From Xylographa opegraphella (lineage: Eukaryota), in contig JALDZX010000011.1 of assembly GCA_022813865.1 (NCBI GenBank), positions 310,001 to 374,000 on the forward strand: a stretch of DNA of 64,000 bases, read 5' to 3'. A program made the position numbers and the translations under genes. Every line of letters starts with the position of its first letter. Position 1 is the first letter of the stretch. Below the pieces are notes generated by a model. It was not told the origin of the DNA. It saw only the letters and a program-made list of their open reading frames with translations, and made no database searches. Positions 60,283 to 64,000 of the stretch are shown one piece after another.

Positions 60283-61808
60283 GGGGGGTGGTGTACTCGG
60301 CCAAGCTGGCACTCCGCTTGTAGAATACGACGGCATGAGTGATGTATTGACGCTGGAGCAGCGGTGGGTCGAGCCGGACCTGGCACGAAGGTCATGATTT
60401 GATAAACTTTGGGCATACCTTCTTTCGTGATACCAAAAGCTGTTGCATCTTACATGGACAGGAATAGCTTGGGTCGATAGGAAGACTTGCTCTCTGGACC
60501 CAAGTTTTGCCAGATGGTTGACATCTTACGCGCCGTGCCTGAACGGTGACCGTCTTGACCGTGATGCATTAAGCAGAAGCCGTAGCATCGTAAACCAGAT
60601 CCTCCACGGCCACGTTGACTTGAGGGCAGCATCCCCTACCTTTCATGAAATCCATACCCCTCATACATCACCAATCCGGCATAGAGCGCGGTTCTTCGAC
60701 TCGCGAGATGTGAAATGCAAGGACCGTCGATTGGACATCTGCCATGCGGACGCGTCGCCCTGTAGAGTAGAACTTTTGAGCATGTAGAAGTGATTCCGAC
60801 CGGGCAACGCTCGATCATCATTAAGGTCGATTATTGCTCTTTATAAGGGCTATAACGTGCGCACGCCTACGCCTAGGGTTTACGAGTACCTCGTAGAGAT
60901 GGGGGATGGGGCAGGTCCGGTGTGAGCCCGTCGACATGGGGCTACCACCTTTGCAAGGCGACGATTTGTAGCTCGCGATGATTGATGATTTTACACTAAT
61001 CGGTATATTGCTGGCATCATCCTTCAGCGTGGATGTCCCGCTTCCGATTTCTCGGATCCGCCGACGTGGAACGGAGGATGCGTGCCAAGGTTTTCGAACC
61101 ACTACTGAGGTATCGAATTTTGCTATTATTGCCCATGAGGCAGGCTAAGGGAAAGGATGAGTTTTTGGCCGAATCCGAAAATCGGGGCGCGGTAGAGGGC
61201 GTGTGGCTGAGATTCTTGCTGGGTTGACGTATATTGTATAGGGACGGATCTAGGGAGAGGCCGCCGGGGATGGTAGCACGCAGGCCGGGGGGAAAGGCAA
61301 ACTTTTGACCACTGTACCGCCTATCCCACCGGCGATTGCACAAGCCACACCACGTGCGAAGACCCATTCGCACGCTGGTGGTTACATAGATGGGTGCCTC
61401 GTGCTTGATAGCTTGAGGAGTTTAAAGCGGTGCTTGACTTCCATCCACAGCCTGAGGTGGTCGACCAGCTAATTTGCTTATATCCTGAAAGATCCAATGG
61501 CGGCTTTAATGCGTTGCCTCAACAGCTGAATGTCGTCGGCAGGGCCCAGGCCTCCATTAGCTATTTACCTTAGCTTAGCTTCCCAAAAGTAGCTATTCCA
61601 CACGTTCTCGCCAATCGGTACAGTGTAACTAACGACACCGACCTGGACATCTAGCACAGTAGCTTCAAGTCTGCCCAAGTCCGGCTTGATCAACAATGCT
61701 CAAGACCGAGTATATATTGGGGTTTATTCCCTCTGTGGACATGAACCCCATAGCAGATACTCCGTACACAGGCAAATTCCTGTTCGATCACTCGTTCTCT
61801 GTCTCATC

Positions 61809-63348
61809 ATGCACACCGCTCTAGTCAAGCTTCTGTTACTTGCGACCGGTGCTGCCGCCGCCCCGGCTGCTTCCACTTCCGCTTGTAACGAAGACAATTG
61901 TGTAAGTGAAGTGTTTGTTTCTGCGACTTGCAAATATTTTGGCTCACATCGATTCAGCTTCGTGCTGTCAAGCCTCGGCCTTCCCCACAAGACATGGCAC
62001 TGCAGATTGCATGTCGTACTTCATGACGACTGTCACTCCAGCGACGAGGTATGCTACAGCGGCCCGTGACAGTATGATAGACTCTAAGTGATAATAGTAC
62101 CTCCACTGTCACGGTAACTGCAACAGGCACAACCACCAACGTTTTTACCATTACCAATACAGGGACCTCCACGGCCACGTAGGCTCCCCCAAAGAGTTCT
62201 CTTCTCTATTCTCAACCCAGGATAATGGCTAAGCCGATTGTATAGCATACCTATCACGATTACTGTACCAGAGACTGTGACGGTAACTATACCAGATGCT
62301 GTGACGTTAGTCCAACCTACCTTAATGCTTCCTTAAATAATACGGAGTGAACTGACCCCTTTCTCCAGTTTTACCGCGCGCGCCGTCAAGAAGCGCTTTG
62401 AAATGGCCGACCTTGTCCAGAAACCAATGGTCTCATTGGCACCCCGGCAGGTGACTGTGGGCCCCTCGGCCATACCGTCTTACGCCTCCACCTGCTCGGG
62501 TTCTGTTCACTACTCGTCCGCTTGGTCCTGCGTCGGTGTCACGGCTTCCACCACTACGGCGCCCAGCCCTGTAACAACCACCACGTACGTATTTTGGAGA
62601 TACCCCTTTTCTTTTGCAAGTAGAAACCGAGCCACGTATACGAGTTGAGAGACCTCACCTCACCATGCGCTTTTCTAGCCCTATGACAAGCCTCAGTTTT
62701 AGTTCGTATGTTATAGTGCTAACCCAGGTCTTCGTACCAGTGTTACCGTCACAACAGTCCAGACTTCTGCTGTCACAGAGACAAGCTCTGCCATCGTAGT
62801 TGTTGACGTCTCCACAACGGTCCTTGACACCGTGATCGTCGCTACCGCCACCGTCGGGAACTGTGCTGGTCAGTGCAGCCTTATCCATCGGCAAGAGAAC
62901 CGAGAGTGCTAAACAAGTGTCATCTTCCACAGGTCCAACGCCAACGTTCGTCCTCGCCGGTACTGGTAGGTTTGCCGGCCAATACGCTCAAGTCACCGAC
63001 AGCGGCAACCATGTTGACGACGTCATTGTTTTCGGCCCTCAGGCATCGGCTTCGACCGTCTCCATCAACGCCGCCAGCTTCCTGTTTGCCGGTGCCGACT
63101 ACGCAAACAGGAACGGCGGCGGCGTGGGTTCGATCTTCTATTTCAATACCGTTGCGCAAATCGCCGCAGGAGGCTACGCTTCCGCCTCGTGCTCGATCGG
63201 GGCCGGTGATCTGCTGGCCTGTTTCGATCAAAGTGCGACTCGCTTTCAACTCTGCCCCGGCTTGACGTATGCGGGGAGTGGGGTCGTGCTGGGTTCTGCG
63301 CTTATTCCGAGCTGCACGCCCTTAACGTTTGTGGCTACTTGTCTCTGA
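61809..63348 (+). pseudogene. Secreted Thr-rich cell-wall-type protein (CNxDNCLRA / YSSACSC family) with an apparent frameshift
   Basis: Signal MHTALVKLLLLATGAAA; CNEDNC|LRAV, then a 1-nt deficit at ~61970 before ASAFPTRHGTADC; IPSYASTCSGSVHYSSAWSC; many short exons; C-terminal Cys domain ending LTFVATCL*. Confidence 0.6.
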
Positions 63349-63819
63349 GATGCTGGGTTCCCACCACCGCTTGGGGGGGGAAGGGGGGGGTTGGGGGAGT
63401 TTCTTATCTGCCTAAGGCGTATATGCATAACACGGGCCTGAACGCGGGTGAATTGACATCGGTGGTTGGTTGATCTATGGCATTGTGCATGGCGTAACAT
63501 ACCCACTTTCATAGACAAAATCATAATTTTGGTTCGCACATCAAGCCATACGTTCTAATTGGTGGCCGGTCGACGGTCGTGCATTGTCTCGCGCGGCTGG
63601 GATGCGCGCTTGGCGGTTACAGACGAACCGCTCTCCTCCGCCATACCACACACACAACCCATTCTTATACGGTGAGTTGTTAGCGGAGGTACAGGCTGCT
63701 GTCGCTGGCCAGCATGCTCCTTTCTCACTTCGACGCCCGCACCACTTGTATCAATTAAGCACGCCGCACGCTGCTCCCACTCCCCCCTTGCTGAATCCTA
63801 GCCACAAACCCCTTCCCAT

Positions 63820-63995
63820 CTAAGCATCACCACCAACCTCCTCAACGCTCAGCACGCTCCCGCAAAGCGGAACAGTCACCCCCAGCGAGGCGGGGGAGCT
63901 ACGCCATCAGCACTGGATGAACGGGGGAGAGCGGGGTAGTCGAGAGGGTTTTGGAGCGAGGTGGGGGTCCTTCCTGGTGGGCATTCATTGTAATG
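63820..63995 (-). CDS. Probable last exon of a gene entering from the right edge
   Basis: After a TAG acceptor the frame reads HYNECPPGRTPTSLQNPLDY...EEVGGDA*, with a G-rich 3' end like other genes here. Family not recognised. Confidence 0.4.
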
Positions 63996-64000
63996 CTAGG

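Overview
Gene-dense window from a filamentous ascomycete (Pezizomycotina) nuclear genome, with short GT-AG introns and CTRAC branch points. Recognisable housekeeping genes are GSH2, PEX3, ATG101, PBN1/PIG-X, a SARAF/TMEM66 homolog, an RFX (CPCR1/Crt1-type) transcription factor, YOP1, LTV1, a DUF1770 protein, AOS1, NDUFA12, PGS1, MRPS9 and EF1B-gamma, which hosts an intronic snR38-like C/D snoRNA. The N-terminal part of a probable SAM-domain SNF2 ATPase runs off the left edge. Accessory content includes a ~610-bp non-coding foldback/MITE-like element with ~160-bp TIRs, several secreted orphan proteins (one frameshifted) and a His-box desaturase-like protein. The most interesting candidates are: (1) a five-exon RNase T1-family gene, mostly invisible in the ORF track, with intact catalytic residues but no signal peptide; (2) a conserved disordered protein whose motif order resembles the yeast Ste12 inhibitors Dig1/Dig2; (3) an X-box upstream of the RFX gene itself; (4) sharp GC3 mosaics within and between genes. 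All gene models were assembled by eye and family calls come from recalled motifs; no searches were run.
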